Origin: Thermodesulfobacteriota bacterium | GTDB lineage: Bacteria > Desulfobacterota > Binatia > Bin18 | Direction: 5' to 3' | Assembly: GCA_964291405.2 (NCBI GenBank) | Contig: OZ219926.1 | Span: 1,024,001 to 1,088,000, forward strand | DNA: 64,000 bases | Part shown: positions 1 to 10,532 of the stretch, piece by piece | How the letters are laid out: every line of letters starts with the position of its first letter | Numbering within the stretch: position 1 is the first letter of the stretch | Position numbers and translations under genes: made by a program | The notes under the pieces: model-generated | The model's input: only the letters and a program-made list of their open reading frames with translations | Told to the model about the DNA's origin: nothing | Databases searched by the model: none

Positions 1-12
1 GAGAACGTTGGT

Positions 13-279
13 CTAGCGTCGCAAGCCGAGGCGCTGGAGTATACTGCGATAACGCTGTATATCCCGACTCCGCAGGTAGTCGAGCAAACGGCGACGACGA
101 CCCACCATTTTCAGCAGGCCGCGCCTAGAGAGGTGATCTTTTTTATGGGTTTTGAAATGCTCGGTGAGATGGACGATCCGTTTGGTCAGAATGGCAATTT
201 GGACTTCGGGTGAGCCCGTATCCTTATCGTGCACCCGAAACTGACTGATGGTTTCGCTTTTCTGTTCAGCCTCCTGCAT
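13..279 (-). CDS. rpsO: 30S ribosomal protein S15
   Basis: [13 protein letters not shown]...[22 protein letters not shown] signature; follows truB. Confidence 0.98.
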   Translation of the reverse strand: MQEAEQKSETISQFRVHDKDTGSPEVQIAILTKRIVHLTEHFKTHKKDHLSRRGLLKMVGRRRRLLDYLRSRDIQRYRSILQRLGLRR

Positions 280-371
280 ATGTCTTCCTTCTTTCTTCCC
301 TACTCTTCTTTACTTCCTTACTCCTTGGTTATTCTTCTCATTTTTAACACGCTGTTTTCCTAGTGTAAAGT

Positions 372-517
372 TAGGGAATTATAGGGTCCTGGCTTAATTC
401 AGCCACGGAATTGAACTTACGCCATTCGTGGCGCTGTTTGAATGGGAGAGTGGCACAGGTTGGTCCATGCACAGATAAGGCCAGAGCAGCGGTCTTACTA
501 TTCGCTATAATTCCCTA
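372..517. mobile_element. MITE-like element (146 bp)
   Basis: 13-bp perfect terminal inverted repeats TAGGGAATTATAG (372-384) / CTATAATTCCCTA (505-517), flanked by AAGT at 368-371 and 518-521. Confidence 0.75.
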
Positions 518-520
518 AAG

Positions 521-1405
521 TCAGAACACCCGGGCAAGCTTCCAGGTCTCCTGCGCGGCGGTCACAATGGCAATCAATTCACGCTCCGCACTCAAAATCC
601 GGGCCGTCTCCCCTGCGGCCTGGGCTGCGGGCAGTGTCTGTAAAAAAGCCTGCTGTCCGTGCCGGATAAGCGTCGCCTCCGGGGCCGATACCAGAAAGGT
701 CCGGTAGGACTGGGTCGCCTGGACTAATGAGAGCAGGGGCAGCGGCTGTCCCGGCTGGGGACTCCGGACCTGAGAGAGCGGGACGGCCTGGTCGATGCTG
801 AACGCACCAAAAACCGTCCGGCGGAGACGCGTCAGATGGGCGAGAGTGTTCAGCGCCACTCCGATATCGGCGGCCAGGACCCGGATATAGGTGCCCTTTG
901 AGCACGAGACGGAAAAATCAATGGCGGGCGGCTCTCCGAGCGTCAGAGCGAGGTGGGACACATGCACCCGACGGGGCTCGCGCTCCACCTCAATGCCTTG
1001 TCGGGCCAGTTTGTACAGCGGGACCCCTTTTCGTTTCAGCGCGGAATACATCGGCGGAGTCTGCCAATAATCGCCGAGAAACCGCTGCTCGATCTTTCTC
1101 AGCTGCGTCGGAGGGCAGTCTGGAACAGATGCCGTGCGGGTGACCGTCCCGGTGCAGTCGAGCGTATCGGTCTCAACGCCGAGTCGCAGCGTTCCGGTAT
1201 AGGACTTCTGTTCGGCCATGAGGAACGGCGAGAGTTTGGTTCCGGCCCCCAGACAGATGGGCAGCAGGCCACTGGCAAAGGGGTCAAGCGTCCCGAGATG
1301 GCCAATTTTTTTGACCCGCAGCGCCCTTTTGAGAATGCGGACAACCTCCGCAGACGTCGGCCCTTGTGGCTTGTCGATGAGGAGGAGCCCATCAAGTCCG
1401 GCCAC
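521..1405 (-). CDS. truB: tRNA pseudouridine(55) synthase
   Basis: GHLGTLDPFASG, PPMYSALK, CSKGTYIR motifs. Confidence 0.97.
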   Translation of the reverse strand: MAGLDGLLLIDKPQGPTSAEVVRILKRALRVKKIGHLGTLDPFASGLLPICLGAGTKLSPFLMAEQKSYTGTLRLGVETDTLDCTGTVTRTASVPDCPPTQLRKIEQRFLGDYWQTPPMYSALKRKGVPLYKLARQGIEVEREPRRVHVSHLALTLGEPPAIDFSVSCSKGTYIRVLAADIGVALNTLAHLTRLRRTVFGAFSIDQAVPLSQVRSPQPGQPLPLLSLVQATQSYRTFLVSAPEATLIRHGQQAFLQTLPAAQAAGETARILSAERELIAIVTAAQETWKLARVF

Positions 1406-1752
1406 TAGTGGTCTTCCTGTTTTATTTGATGAAAAAGATTTTCCAGGTGGTTGACCTCATCCAGGGTCGTGTCATAGAGAAATTCCAGCGTGGGGGTGTA
1501 GCGGAGTTGCAAACGGGCTGCCACCTGACGGCGGATATAGCCAGCCGCACTCCGGAGACCGGCCATGGCCTCCGCACGGGTTTCGTCCTGGAGGGTCCGC
1601 ACGAAGATGCGCGCGAGGCGCAGGTCGGGGCTCAGGGTCGCGGCAGTGACGGTGACCCCATTGACTCTGGGGTCTTTCACTTCCCGTAAGACAATATCGG
1701 CAACCGCGTGGAGGAGCAGACCACTCACCCGTTCAGGACGGCGGACAGGCAT
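1405..1752 (-). CDS. rbfA: ribosome-binding factor A
   Basis: VKDPRV...SPDL...LRYTPTLEFLYD; position between infB and truB. Confidence 0.96.
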   Translation of the reverse strand: MPVRRPERVSGLLLHAVADIVLREVKDPRVNGVTVTAATLSPDLRLARIFVRTLQDETRAEAMAGLRSAAGYIRRQVAARLQLRYTPTLEFLYDTTLDEVNHLENLFHQIKQEDH

Positions 1753-1761
1753 ATCAATCTT

Positions 1762-2049
1762 CTAGTAATGGAGAATCTCGACTTGGGTTTCACCCAGCTC
1801 AGCGACGTGCAGCCGTTCAATAAAATTCGTCACCGCCTGTAAGGCGCCCTCAACATAGGCGTGATCAGAGCCGACTTGGCAAACCGCCAGCGCAATGGTT
1901 TGCCACTGGTCTTGCTCGGCGTACTCTGCGACAGAAACGTTGAACTCGTTGCGGACGCGGCTCTTGATCTTCCGAACAACGCCACGTTTCTCCTTTAAGG
2001 AATGACTCGCATGACTGTAGAGGATCAGTCGAAGCACGCCCACAACCAT
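1762..2049 (-). CDS. DUF503 (YlxP-like) protein
   Basis: SLKEKRGVV...FNVSVAE...QDQWQ motif; typical position after infB. Confidence 0.92.
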   Translation of the reverse strand: MVVGVLRLILYSHASHSLKEKRGVVRKIKSRVRNEFNVSVAEYAEQDQWQTIALAVCQVGSDHAYVEGALQAVTNFIERLHVAELGETQVEILHY

Positions 2050-2136
2050 CGGCCACCTCCCGATAGGGTGCAGGAACGAACGGGCAGCAGACTCCCCTGC
2101 CTGGTCGCCCCACCCCTCCGCCTTCCTCTGTACCGA

Positions 2137-4992
2137 CTACGACGCGTGTTGTTCCACTTCCTGGGGGCGTGGTTCGAGACGCCGCACGACTTCTTCGAGC
2201 TCATACACCTCCAAGACATCGCCGACTTTGACATCCTGAAAATTCTCGACGCTGGCCCCGCATTCCGTTCCGGCCGAGACCTCGCGGACGTCATCCTTGA
2301 ATCGACGCAGCGTCGAAAGACGTCCGGTGTGAACGACCACGTGATCACGGACCACTCGAACCTGAGCCCCGCGCGTGACGCCGCCTTCGACCACCATGCA
2401 GCCGGCAACCAGGCCAATCTTTGAAACCGAAAAGACCTCCCGGACTTCCGCCCGACCAAGCGGATTTTCTTTATAGGTCGGGGCAAGCATGCCCTCCATG
2501 GCCGCCCGGACATCGGCAATGACATCATAAATGATGCCATATAATCGCAGCTCAATACCCTCCCGGTCCGCCAACTGAGCCGCCTTGACCTCGGGGCGGA
2601 TATTAAAGCCGATAATAATGCCCTTCGAGGCCGAGGCGAGCAGGACGTCGGATTCGGAGATGCCGCCAACAGAGGCGTGGAGCACGGTCAGCTTCACCTC
2701 GTCGGTAGACAATCGGGTCAGCGCATCTCGCACGGCTTCAGCCGAGCCCTGGACATCGGCTTTAATAATCACCCGAAGCTCTTGCACTTCTCCGGCTTGG
2801 GCCTGTTGATAAAAGTCTTCGAGCGAGGTCCGACTACTCTTTGTCAATTCCGTCTCACGCCGTTTCTCTGTCCGGTAGTCTGCGATCTGGCGCACCTTGG
2901 CTTCATCTCCAAGGGCGACAAACGTATCCCCGGCCTCAGGCACTCCGGTCAGGCCGAGAATCTCGACCGGCATGGACGGGAGGGCAATTTTTACCTTCTG
3001 GCCCCGACTATCAATCATGGCCCTGACCCGGCCATGTTCCGTGCCACACACAAAGGGATCGCCGACTTTCAACTGTCCTTCTTGGATGAGCACGGTGGCG
3101 ACCGCCCCGCGGCCCCGGTCGAGCTGGGCTTCCACAATGACCCCACGCGCAAATTTGTTCGGATTTGCGCGCAGTTCCATGATGTCGGCCTGGAGCGTCA
3201 GCATCTCCAGGAGATGCGCAATCCCCTCTCCGGTGAGAGCGGACACCGGAGCAAAAATAATATCCCCGCCCAAATCCTCTGCGACCAGACCCTGGGACAT
3301 CAACTCGCGCTTGACCCGTTCGGGGTCTGCCCCCGGTTTGTCTATTTTATTCACCGCAACAATGATGGGCACCTCGGCGGCCCGGGCGTGGTTAATGGCC
3401 TCAACGGTCTGGGGCATGACCCCATCGTCCGCAGCCACCACCAGCGTCACAATATCCGTTGCCTTGGCGCCACGCGCGCGCATAGAGGTGAATGCCTCGT
3501 GGCCCGGGGTGTCGAGAAACGTCACGCTGCGGCCCTCGACCGGCACATTATAGGCGCCGATGTGTTGAGTAATTCCGCCCTGTTCGTGGTCGGTGACATT
3601 CGTCTGTCGGATCTTGTCCAACAGCGATGTTTTCCCATGGTCTACATGCCCCATGATGGTCACCACCGGCGGCCGCTGCTCAAGCGCACCATCATCTTCT
3701 GCGGCTTCGTGCTCGTCTTCCAGGACAGACTCCGCGTCAAAGGCCACATTCTCGACCGTATATTCGAAGTCCGCGGCCACGAGCGAGGCCGTATCATGAT
3801 CGAGGACCTGGTTAATGGTCGCCATGACCCCAAGGCCCATCAGCTTTTTAATGACTTCTCCAACCTTCACCCCCAGACTGTGGGCGAAATCTCCAACGGT
3901 AATCACTTCGGAGATTCGAACAACCCGCTTGCTGGCCTTGGGGACTGTAATTTCGGTCTGCCGCTGCTCCTTGCCCGGCAGGATCCGTTTCTTTTTGGCC
4001 CCGCGCGAGACGTGCGCCTCCCGCTCTTGGACATCGAGCGACTCGGCGTTCCGGACAACCTTCCGCTTCTTGCCACGCTTTTTCCCGCTCGCCCCTATCC
4101 CTTCACCACTCGTACCCTCACGGATACCGACATCAGTGGGGAAAGAGGGAGAAGAAGGGGGTCGGGTGAAGGCCTGTGGGGCGGGGGGCCCGGCGAGTTT
4201 ACCAAGATCAATCCGGCCCAGCACCCGTACCGGACGAGCGCTCTCTTTCCCGGCGTCCTTCGATGCCGGAGCCGAGTCTTCAGCGGTCTCTCCTTCGGTG
4301 GGAGCCTCTGCCACAACCACGGGTGGCGACTCCTCGGCTGGAGTGTCGCCGCCGGGGATAACCGCGCTGGGCTCTGCTTGTTCAGCAGACTCCTGTTCTT
4401 CCTCTGCGCCGGCTGTTCCGTCATCAACCAGCACGGGTATGGACGGCCCGGGGACCTCACCTCGGGCCTCCTGTTGGTGGGCCTCGTCTATCGACTCGGG
4501 AGGGAGCTCGAAGGCGGGCGTCTCGGCAGAGAGCGGTTCGGAAATAAACGGAGCGGGCTGCTGTACGGGAGCATCAAACGAGACCGGAGCAAAGGTCGGC
4601 AGCGGCTCTTCGACGGTTGGTGCTGAAAATGCGACAGGGGCAGATTCGGACCAGGTAGCCGTGTCTTCGTTCAGGACTTCGACCCGCTTCCGGCGGCGAA
4701 TAACGTTTGGGCGAATCCGATTCTCGCGAGTCTCTTCCCGGGCGGTCACCACATGCTCTTTTTGCTGGTCAAGCTCGGTGACAACGCGCTCGGCGACGAC
4801 TTTTTCTTCTCCGAGTACCAGTGGAGGAGCCGTAGGCGACTGCAGCGCCTGCTGTACGGCATCGGCCTCTTGCTCAGAGAGGGTGCTTTGGGCCTTTTTC
4901 CCGTGGATGCCCTGAGCTTCAAGCTGAGTCAGCACTTGCCGCGTTTCGACTCTCCATTCCCTGGCTAATTCATGGATACGCTTGCGTGACAT
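2137..4992 (-). CDS. infB: translation initiation factor IF-2
   Basis: [32 protein letters not shown] GTPase motifs. Confidence 0.99.
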   Translation of the reverse strand: MSRKRIHELAREWRVETRQVLTQLEAQGIHGKKAQSTLSEQEADAVQQALQSPTAPPLVLGEEKVVAERVVTELDQQKEHVVTAREETRENRIRPNVIRRRKRVEVLNEDTATWSESAPVAFSAPTVEEPLPTFAPVSFDAPVQQPAPFISEPLSAETPAFELPPESIDEAHQQEARGEVPGPSIPVLVDDGTAGAEEEQESAEQAEPSAVIPGGDTPAEESPPVVVAEAPTEGETAEDSAPASKDAGKESARPVRVLGRIDLGKLAGPPAPQAFTRPPSSPSFPTDVGIREGTSGEGIGASGKKRGKKRKVVRNAESLDVQEREAHVSRGAKKKRILPGKEQRQTEITVPKASKRVVRISEVITVGDFAHSLGVKVGEVIKKLMGLGVMATINQVLDHDTASLVAADFEYTVENVAFDAESVLEDEHEAAEDDGALEQRPPVVTIMGHVDHGKTSLLDKIRQTNVTDHEQGGITQHIGAYNVPVEGRSVTFLDTPGHEAFTSMRARGAKATDIVTLVVAADDGVMPQTVEAINHARAAEVPIIVAVNKIDKPGADPERVKRELMSQGLVAEDLGGDIIFAPVSALTGEGIAHLLEMLTLQADIMELRANPNKFARGVIVEAQLDRGRGAVATVLIQEGQLKVGDPFVCGTEHGRVRAMIDSRGQKVKIALPSMPVEILGLTGVPEAGDTFVALGDEAKVRQIADYRTEKRRETELTKSSRTSLEDFYQQAQAGEVQELRVIIKADVQGSAEAVRDALTRLSTDEVKLTVLHASVGGISESDVLLASASKGIIIGFNIRPEVKAAQLADREGIELRLYGIIYDVIADVRAAMEGMLAPTYKENPLGRAEVREVFSVSKIGLVAGCMVVEGGVTRGAQVRVVRDHVVVHTGRLSTLRRFKDDVREVSAGTECGASVENFQDVKVGDVLEVYELEEVVRRLEPRPQEVEQHAS

Positions 4993-5012
4993 ATGACCTC
5001 ATCGCCGTCTCT

Positions 5013-5279
5013 TCACCCCGGCAGGCTGGGCTCTATCAGGGCGGCATAGCTCACCCGCGCCTCGCGGGAGCATACCACCCGTAAGGAGCGACAACTCTTC
5101 GTCCGTACGTTGACAAAAGCATTAACACATTCTCGACTCGCATGGAGATATCCGCCTCGACCACGATTGTAAGCGGGAATGAGCTGGCCTTGAGACGTTA
5201 CGGTCAACCGTAACAACCGGCCTTTCTTCTCCCGGTGGCCACATCCCAGACAGGTCCGAATCGGCTCGGTACGCTTCAT
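5013..5279 (-). CDS. ylxR: YlxR (DUF448) family RNA-binding protein
   Basis: PIRTCLGCG...GRGGYL motif between nusA and infB. Confidence 0.88.
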   Translation of the reverse strand: MKRTEPIRTCLGCGHREKKGRLLRLTVTSQGQLIPAYNRGRGGYLHASRECVNAFVNVRTKSCRSLRVVCSREARVSYAALIEPSLPG

Positions 5280-6670
5280 ACGTCTTCAACCGTTGTCCCT
5301 GTCGTCTCTGCCTGGTCTCCTCCATCAAGGGGAGCCGGAGCAGATTCTTCCTGCATATTTGCCGCCGGCGTATCAACGGCCGCCGTGTCCTGTTCACTGA
5401 GCGCGGCCTCCTGTTCCGCCGCTATTTTCTCCGCCTGCTCCTTGGCCGCGTCCCAAATCACCGCGGCCCGGTCCGGTCCAATCCCTTCCACTTCAAGCAG
5501 CGCCTCAATATCGGCACCAGCGATTTCCTGAGCCGATTTAAAGCCCTGTTGGTATAAGAGCTCTGCCGTAATATCGGCGTTCGACTCCCCTATGCCTGGG
5601 ATGGCATTCAACGCCTCAAGGGCTTGGACATGTTCCAACTCGACTTCCGACTCGGACCGGACGTCCAGCTTCCAGTTCGTCAGACGGGAAGCCAACCGGA
5701 CATTTTGGCCCTTCTTTCCAATAGCCAGAGAGAGCTGATCGTCCGGGACGATCACTTCCATGGTGTTTTCATCTTCATCCAGAATAATCTTGGCAACCTT
5801 GGCCGGCAGAATGGCGCGACAGACGTATTCAGCCGGGTCAGGTGTCCAGGGAACAATATCTATCCGTTCTCCCCGGAGTTCTTGGACAACGGATTGGACG
5901 CGCGTCCCCTTCATCCCAACACAAGCTCCCACAGGGTCGACATCAGGGTCGGTTGAGTGCACCCCAATCTTTGCGCGGGTGCCCGGTTCTCGGGCGGCAC
6001 CCTTGATTTCCACAATGCCTTCGTACACCTCCGGTGCCTCTTGCTCGAACAGTTTGATCAAGAACCCGGGGTGCGTTCGAGAGAGTACGATCTGGGGGCC
6101 TTTTTGCGCGAGGTCGACATCAAGGATATAGGCCCGTATCCGGTCCCCCTGACGGTATCGCTCCCAAGGAATCTGTTCCTTTTCGGGCAGGACCGCGTCA
6201 GTACGACCCAAATTCACAATGATGTTTCGCCGTTCAACGCGCTGGACGATCCCGGAAAAGAGTTCGCCTTTCCGATTCTTGAATTCATTATAGATCAGCT
6301 CGCGTTCGGCCTCGCGGACCTTCTGAATGACGCTCTGTTTTGCCACTTGGGCGGCAATGCGGCCAAAAGACGCCGCGGGAAGCTTGCTGAGCAGTTCGTC
6401 GCCAATCTGGGCCTCAGGGTCCAGCGTTTCTTGCGCGTCCGCCACCTCTATTTCGGTTTCCGCATCGGTCACGGTCCCGACCACCGTTTTCATTTCAAAG
6501 AGTTCAACCTCACCGATGTCCTCATTAAATTTCGCTTCGATCTGCTTCTGGCCAAAGGTTCGGCGGGCCGCGGACAGCATGGCGCTCTCGAGCGCTTCAA
6601 CAATAACGCTCCGGTCCATCCCTTTTTCTTTACTGACTTGTTCGATCACCCGATTCAAGTCTGGCTGCAT
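5276..6670 (-). CDS. nusA: transcription termination/antitermination factor NusA
   Basis: FGRIAAQVAKQ, AREPGTRAKI, DPVGACVG, SLAIGKKGQNVRLAS; C-terminal HhH repeats. Confidence 0.98.
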   Translation of the reverse strand: MQPDLNRVIEQVSKEKGMDRSVIVEALESAMLSAARRTFGQKQIEAKFNEDIGEVELFEMKTVVGTVTDAETEIEVADAQETLDPEAQIGDELLSKLPAASFGRIAAQVAKQSVIQKVREAERELIYNEFKNRKGELFSGIVQRVERRNIIVNLGRTDAVLPEKEQIPWERYRQGDRIRAYILDVDLAQKGPQIVLSRTHPGFLIKLFEQEAPEVYEGIVEIKGAAREPGTRAKIGVHSTDPDVDPVGACVGMKGTRVQSVVQELRGERIDIVPWTPDPAEYVCRAILPAKVAKIILDEDENTMEVIVPDDQLSLAIGKKGQNVRLASRLTNWKLDVRSESEVELEHVQALEALNAIPGIGESNADITAELLYQQGFKSAQEIAGADIEALLEVEGIGPDRAAVIWDAAKEQAEKIAAEQEAALSEQDTAAVDTPAANMQEESAPAPLDGGDQAETTGTTVEDV

Positions 6671-6675
6671 AGCGG

Positions 6676-7206
6676 TTACCTCGTCTGGCGGCGTCTGCTT
6701 TTCCGTTTCTTCCTCTCGGGACTCTTCCCAGGCAGGGGGAGAGGAAGATCAACATGGGCCCGTGCCACATTTGCCCAGCTCACCCGAACTTTTCCTCTTT
6801 CTTGGTCAACCACGCTAATAGCATTCTCTTCTACTTCACATATCGGACCAATGAAAGCCCGCTTCCCGTCCTGGGCTGTTTTTGTCTGTAAGCGGATCGG
6901 TTGTCCCATATAGCGTTGACACTGGCTGGGGCGAAAAAGCGGACGCTGAAGACCGGGAGAGGACACTTCAAGTGTATGGCGCCATGGAATCGGGTCGTGT
7001 ACATCAAGCACATCGCTCAGTTGTCTATGGACTCGGGTACAATCATCAAGCGTCACCCCATTGGTGTTGTCCAGCAAAACCCGTAATATCCAGCGGCCAT
7101 TCTCGGTCAACAAGTCGACGCCCCACAACTCGAAGCCTTCATCCTCGGCCAGGGGGGCGGCCAGGGTCTCAACCTGCTGGATAATCTCTCGGACTGAGGG
7201 TTGCAT
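6676..7206 (-). CDS. rimP: ribosome maturation factor RimP
   Basis: GVTLDDC...LEVSSPGLQRPL motif; first gene before nusA. Confidence 0.96.
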   Translation of the reverse strand: MQPSVREIIQQVETLAAPLAEDEGFELWGVDLLTENGRWILRVLLDNTNGVTLDDCTRVHRQLSDVLDVHDPIPWRHTLEVSSPGLQRPLFRPSQCQRYMGQPIRLQTKTAQDGKRAFIGPICEVEENAISVVDQERGKVRVSWANVARAHVDLPLPLPGKSPERKKRKSRRRQTR

Positions 7207-7210
7207 ATGG

Positions 7211-7239
7211 AAAAAAAAAGTGGGCTCCCGCCCACTTTT
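7211..7239 (-). terminator. rimP-leader attenuator-like hairpin
   Basis: AAAAGTGGGC-4nt-GCCCACTTTT stem followed by a U tract on the minus strand, just upstream of the rimP ATG. Confidence 0.75.
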
Positions 7240-7300
7240 CCCCTGCTTCCCGTTCTAGGCTAAACGATCCTCGCCTATCACGCAAGAGGCGCAGCCCGCC

Positions 7301-7789
7301 TCATTCTCCCTCTCCGCTGTTTTCAAGGTCGTGCAGGGTTGCCAGCTCGATAATCGTATAGGACTGCTTCCCTTGAGGAGTGACGATCTCCACCTCGTCG
7401 TCGAGTTCCTTGTGCAAAAGGGCCTGGCCAATCGGAGAGTGGAGCGAAATTTGCCCCATAGCAGGATCAACTTCTTCGGGAAAAACGATCTGATACTCGA
7501 CCACGTCACCCGAATCGACCTCTTCGAGCGTGACTCGGCTGCCGTAGGCAATCGAACCTTTTGGAATACTCGACAGGTCGTACAGCGAGAGTTGCTGCAT
7601 CCGTTCAGTCAGTTGGGCGATCCGGGCTCGGACATAGTCTTGACGCGCCCGCGCCGCATCATATTCGGCATTTTCACTCAGGTCGCCATGGGCAGCAGCC
7701 TCGTGGAGATCTTTCGGAATACGGACATTGAGTTCGTGGTATAATTCGTCAAGCTCTTTTTTCAGCTTTCTTACAATCGGTAGGTCCAT
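7301..7789 (-). CDS. greA: transcription elongation factor GreA
   Basis: HGDLSENAEY and SPIGQALL motifs; start moved to MDLPIV (GGGGGAG RBS). Confidence 0.93.
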   Translation of the reverse strand: MDLPIVRKLKKELDELYHELNVRIPKDLHEAAAHGDLSENAEYDAARARQDYVRARIAQLTERMQQLSLYDLSSIPKGSIAYGSRVTLEEVDSGDVVEYQIVFPEEVDPAMGQISLHSPIGQALLHKELDDEVEIVTPQGKQSYTIIELATLHDLENSGEGE

Positions 7790-7902
7790 AACTCCCCCAT
7801 ACGGTCGTCTTCTGTCTGGCAAGGACGTTCCGCACAAGCGCGACAGGGGTTGGTGGCACTCGTGCACCAACCCCTCCACAGAATAATCGTATCCTTCAGC
7901 AG

Positions 7903-9039
7903 TTAGACGGTCAGGATATGGATCGTACAGGCCGACCCGAGGCCAATGACATGGGCGAGGCCAGCCTTGGCTCCTTCAACCTGGCGCGCTCCCCCCTGGC
8001 CTCGAAGCTGGGTCACGAGCTCATAGATATTCGCGACTCCGGTTGCCCCAAGCGGATGCCCCTTGGAGAGCAGGCCGCCACTGACGTTGACCGGAATATC
8101 GCCCCCCAGTTCGGTTCGCCCTTCGTCAATCATCCGCCCGGCTTCCCCTTCAGCGCACAGGCCCAGGTTCTCGTAATGCAGCAGTTCTGCCGTGGCAAAA
8201 CAATCGTGGAGTTCGACCAAACTCAGGTCTTGTGGCCCGATACCGGCCTTTTCATAGGCTTCTTTTGCCGCATTCTGAGTCAGGGTATTGACATCGGGCA
8301 TGGTCAGGTCCCGATCGGTATAGGGATCCGAGGTCAGGACGGAAGTCGCGATTTTTACCGGCTTACTGGTAAACTGCTGTATCTTGTCTTCCGACATCAG
8401 GATCGCCGCCGCCGCACCGTCTCCGGTCGGACAGCACATATAGAGCGTATTGGGATAGGCAACCATACGGGCGTTCATCACGTCATCCAGCGACACCTCA
8501 ATCTGGTACTGGGACAAGGGATTGTGAACTGAATGTTTATGGTTCTTCACCGAGATCTTGGCGAAATGCTCGGCCGTCGTTCCGTGCTTGCGCATATGTT
8601 CCACACCGGCCTGACCAAAGACGGCCGGCATCAGGCCACTGCCCAATACCCCCTCAACGCTCTCTCCGCCGCTGCGGGCTCCGCCGCCGAGCAAGCCCAT
8701 CTTTCCCATCTGCTCAACGCCAACGGCCATGGTGATATCGTACATCCCGGACGCGACGCCGACATAGGCCTCGCGAAAGGCGGTCGAACCGGTTGCGCAC
8801 GCGTTCGAAACATTGAGTGCAGGGATGCCGGTTTGGCCAATTTGCTGCAGAATCTTCTGCGCATTCATGGCATTGGCCTGGAACAAATTCCCACACACCA
8901 GCATCTCGACGTCTTTGATGGACGCCCCGGCGTCTTTGAGGGCGCGGACTCCCGCTTCCGCTCCCATCTGGGACACGTCCTTGTCAGGGTAGCGTCCAAA
9001 CTTAATCATGCCGACACCGACCACATATACGTCTCTCAT
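7903..9039 (-). CDS. thiolase family protein (SCP2-thiolase type)
   Basis: NACATG, HDCF, SKGHPLGATG motifs. Confidence 0.92.
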   Translation of the reverse strand: MRDVYVVGVGMIKFGRYPDKDVSQMGAEAGVRALKDAGASIKDVEMLVCGNLFQANAMNAQKILQQIGQTGIPALNVSNACATGSTAFREAYVGVASGMYDITMAVGVEQMGKMGLLGGGARSGGESVEGVLGSGLMPAVFGQAGVEHMRKHGTTAEHFAKISVKNHKHSVHNPLSQYQIEVSLDDVMNARMVAYPNTLYMCCPTGDGAAAAILMSEDKIQQFTSKPVKIATSVLTSDPYTDRDLTMPDVNTLTQNAAKEAYEKAGIGPQDLSLVELHDCFATAELLHYENLGLCAEGEAGRMIDEGRTELGGDIPVNVSGGLLSKGHPLGATGVANIYELVTQLRGQGGARQVEGAKAGLAHVIGLGSACTIHILTV

Positions 9040-9061
9040 AACTTACACCCCTTTGCCGTTA

Positions 9062-9517
9062 TCAGCTTCCTTCATCTTTGCCTGGCCTGAAAAAGAAAGC
9101 AATAATATCGATTGTCTCTTCGTCTCCGTGTGCGTTTTTTTCCTTGCGTTCGCGCACTTTCCGCGTCACCATGTCCACCGGCATACCGAATTCAATCTTT
9201 TGCGGGTCGGGCTCGATATCGACGAGATTGCACCGAACGCTCACCCCTTCCGGGAGGTCAACAATGGCGGATACATACGGGACCGGAATGCCGGGCGCGG
9301 ACTGGTGCACAATGGAGTACACATAGAGCGTGCCGTGATCGCTGAGTCGGACCTCGGGCAAATCTCCGACAAAGGTACACTTGCTGCATCCGACTCGGTT
9401 CCCGCCGATATAGGTCGCGTTACAAGCGGGGCATCGATAACCGACCAGATACGGTTTTTCGTCCGGAGCAGCGGGCAAGCGCAACATCGGCGCGATTGCC
9501 CGTTGTGTATTCGCCAT
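9062..9517 (-). CDS. DUF35 Zn-ribbon/OB-fold protein (thiolase partner)
   Basis: CxxC...CxxC followed by GTLYVYSIVH...PYVSAIVDL OB domain; adjacent to thiolase. Confidence 0.9.
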   Translation of the reverse strand: MANTQRAIAPMLRLPAAPDEKPYLVGYRCPACNATYIGGNRVGCSKCTFVGDLPEVRLSDHGTLYVYSIVHQSAPGIPVPYVSAIVDLPEGVSVRCNLVDIEPDPQKIEFGMPVDMVTRKVRERKEKNAHGDEETIDIIAFFFRPGKDEGS

Positions 9518-9740
9518 TACCAAGTCCTCTCCACTGGTCCAACCCTGTCTCCGGGTGCTCAGCCCTCCTCTTATGGGTCAGGAGTACCGCCTACCGGCCT
9601 TCTGCTCGGACGCCTGGGCAGGACCGAAAAAAGTCTGTGCTACAGTGCAGCTACCAATATACGAGCGCTCCTGCCAAAACAAGGCCTTGAGCGTTTTTTC
9701 AGAGACAAAACAAGCGCCAGGAAGAGGGGAAAATACAGGC

Positions 9741-10526
9741 ATGCAGCAGGGACAAGCGTTTCTTCATCGGCTCGGTACTGCGGCTCGAACGGCACTCACC
9801 GTGCTGTATCCGTGGCGCTGCCTCAACTGCTCCACCTGTCTTCCTTCGGACCGGGCGTTCTGCCTGAAGTGCCAGGGCTGGATTCAGATCGTCCACTCTC
9901 CGCTTTGCACCCGTTGCGGCCGCCCCTTTGCCTCCGGAGTCGGGCCCGACCATGTCTGCCACCAGTGCGTGCAACAGCCGCCCAGTTTTCGCTCCGCGCG
10001 GGCGTGGGCTGCGTATAGCACCTCGAGCGGCTCGCCCCGGCCTCTCCGTCAGAGCATCCTCCGGTTCAAATATGGGCGCAATATGAGAGCCGGAAAGGGA
10101 CTCGCCGAACTCATGGTGCGCCACTTTTCCCGTACCCAAGGTCAGGACGCAGGACCGCTGGAAGACTATGACCGCGTTATTCCTGTTCCCCTGCACCTGA
10201 CCCGACTGCGCTGGCGTGGATTCAATCAATCGCTCATCCTTGCCCGGAGGATTGGGCTACGGATCAAGACCCCGGTTGATCCCTGGCTGCTCAGTCGCAC
10301 CCGGCCGACCCAGCCCCAGACGCAGCTGAGCGGAGAAGACCGTCGTGCCAATGTCCGGGGAGCCTTTCGGGTGAATACCCCCGCCCTGGCAAAGGGAAAG
10401 CGCCTCCTCCTTGTGGACGACGTGTATACATCGGGCGCGACGGTTGAAGAGTGTGCCCGAACCCTGTACCAGAATGGGGCGCGCAGTGTTGATGTTTTTA
10501 CTCTCGCCCGAGTGGTCGATCCCTAA
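9741..10526 (+). CDS. comF: ComF family protein (double Zn ribbon + PRTase domain)
   Basis: CxxC repeats, PVPLH..R...RGFNQS, LLVDDVYTSGAT. Confidence 0.92.
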   Translation: MQQGQAFLHRLGTAARTALTVLYPWRCLNCSTCLPSDRAFCLKCQGWIQIVHSPLCTRCGRPFASGVGPDHVCHQCVQQPPSFRSARAWAAYSTSSGSPRPLRQSILRFKYGRNMRAGKGLAELMVRHFSRTQGQDAGPLEDYDRVIPVPLHLTRLRWRGFNQSLILARRIGLRIKTPVDPWLLSRTRPTQPQTQLSGEDRRANVRGAFRVNTPALAKGKRLLLVDDVYTSGATVEECARTLYQNGARSVDVFTLARVVDP

Positions 10527-10532
10527 GAGCGT

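Noticed and set aside
280-355. Pyrimidine-rich low-complexity tract upstream of rpsO
   Set aside because: Could hold an S15 autoregulatory leader, but I could not identify a supported structure.
2677-4626. 649-aa plus-strand ORF (also long ORFs at 19572-20837, 39941-41167, 43334-44398, 57410-58456)
   Set aside because: Antisense shadows of infB, leuS, icd, speA and the NHL gene, expected in GC-rich coding DNA; no recognisable motifs.
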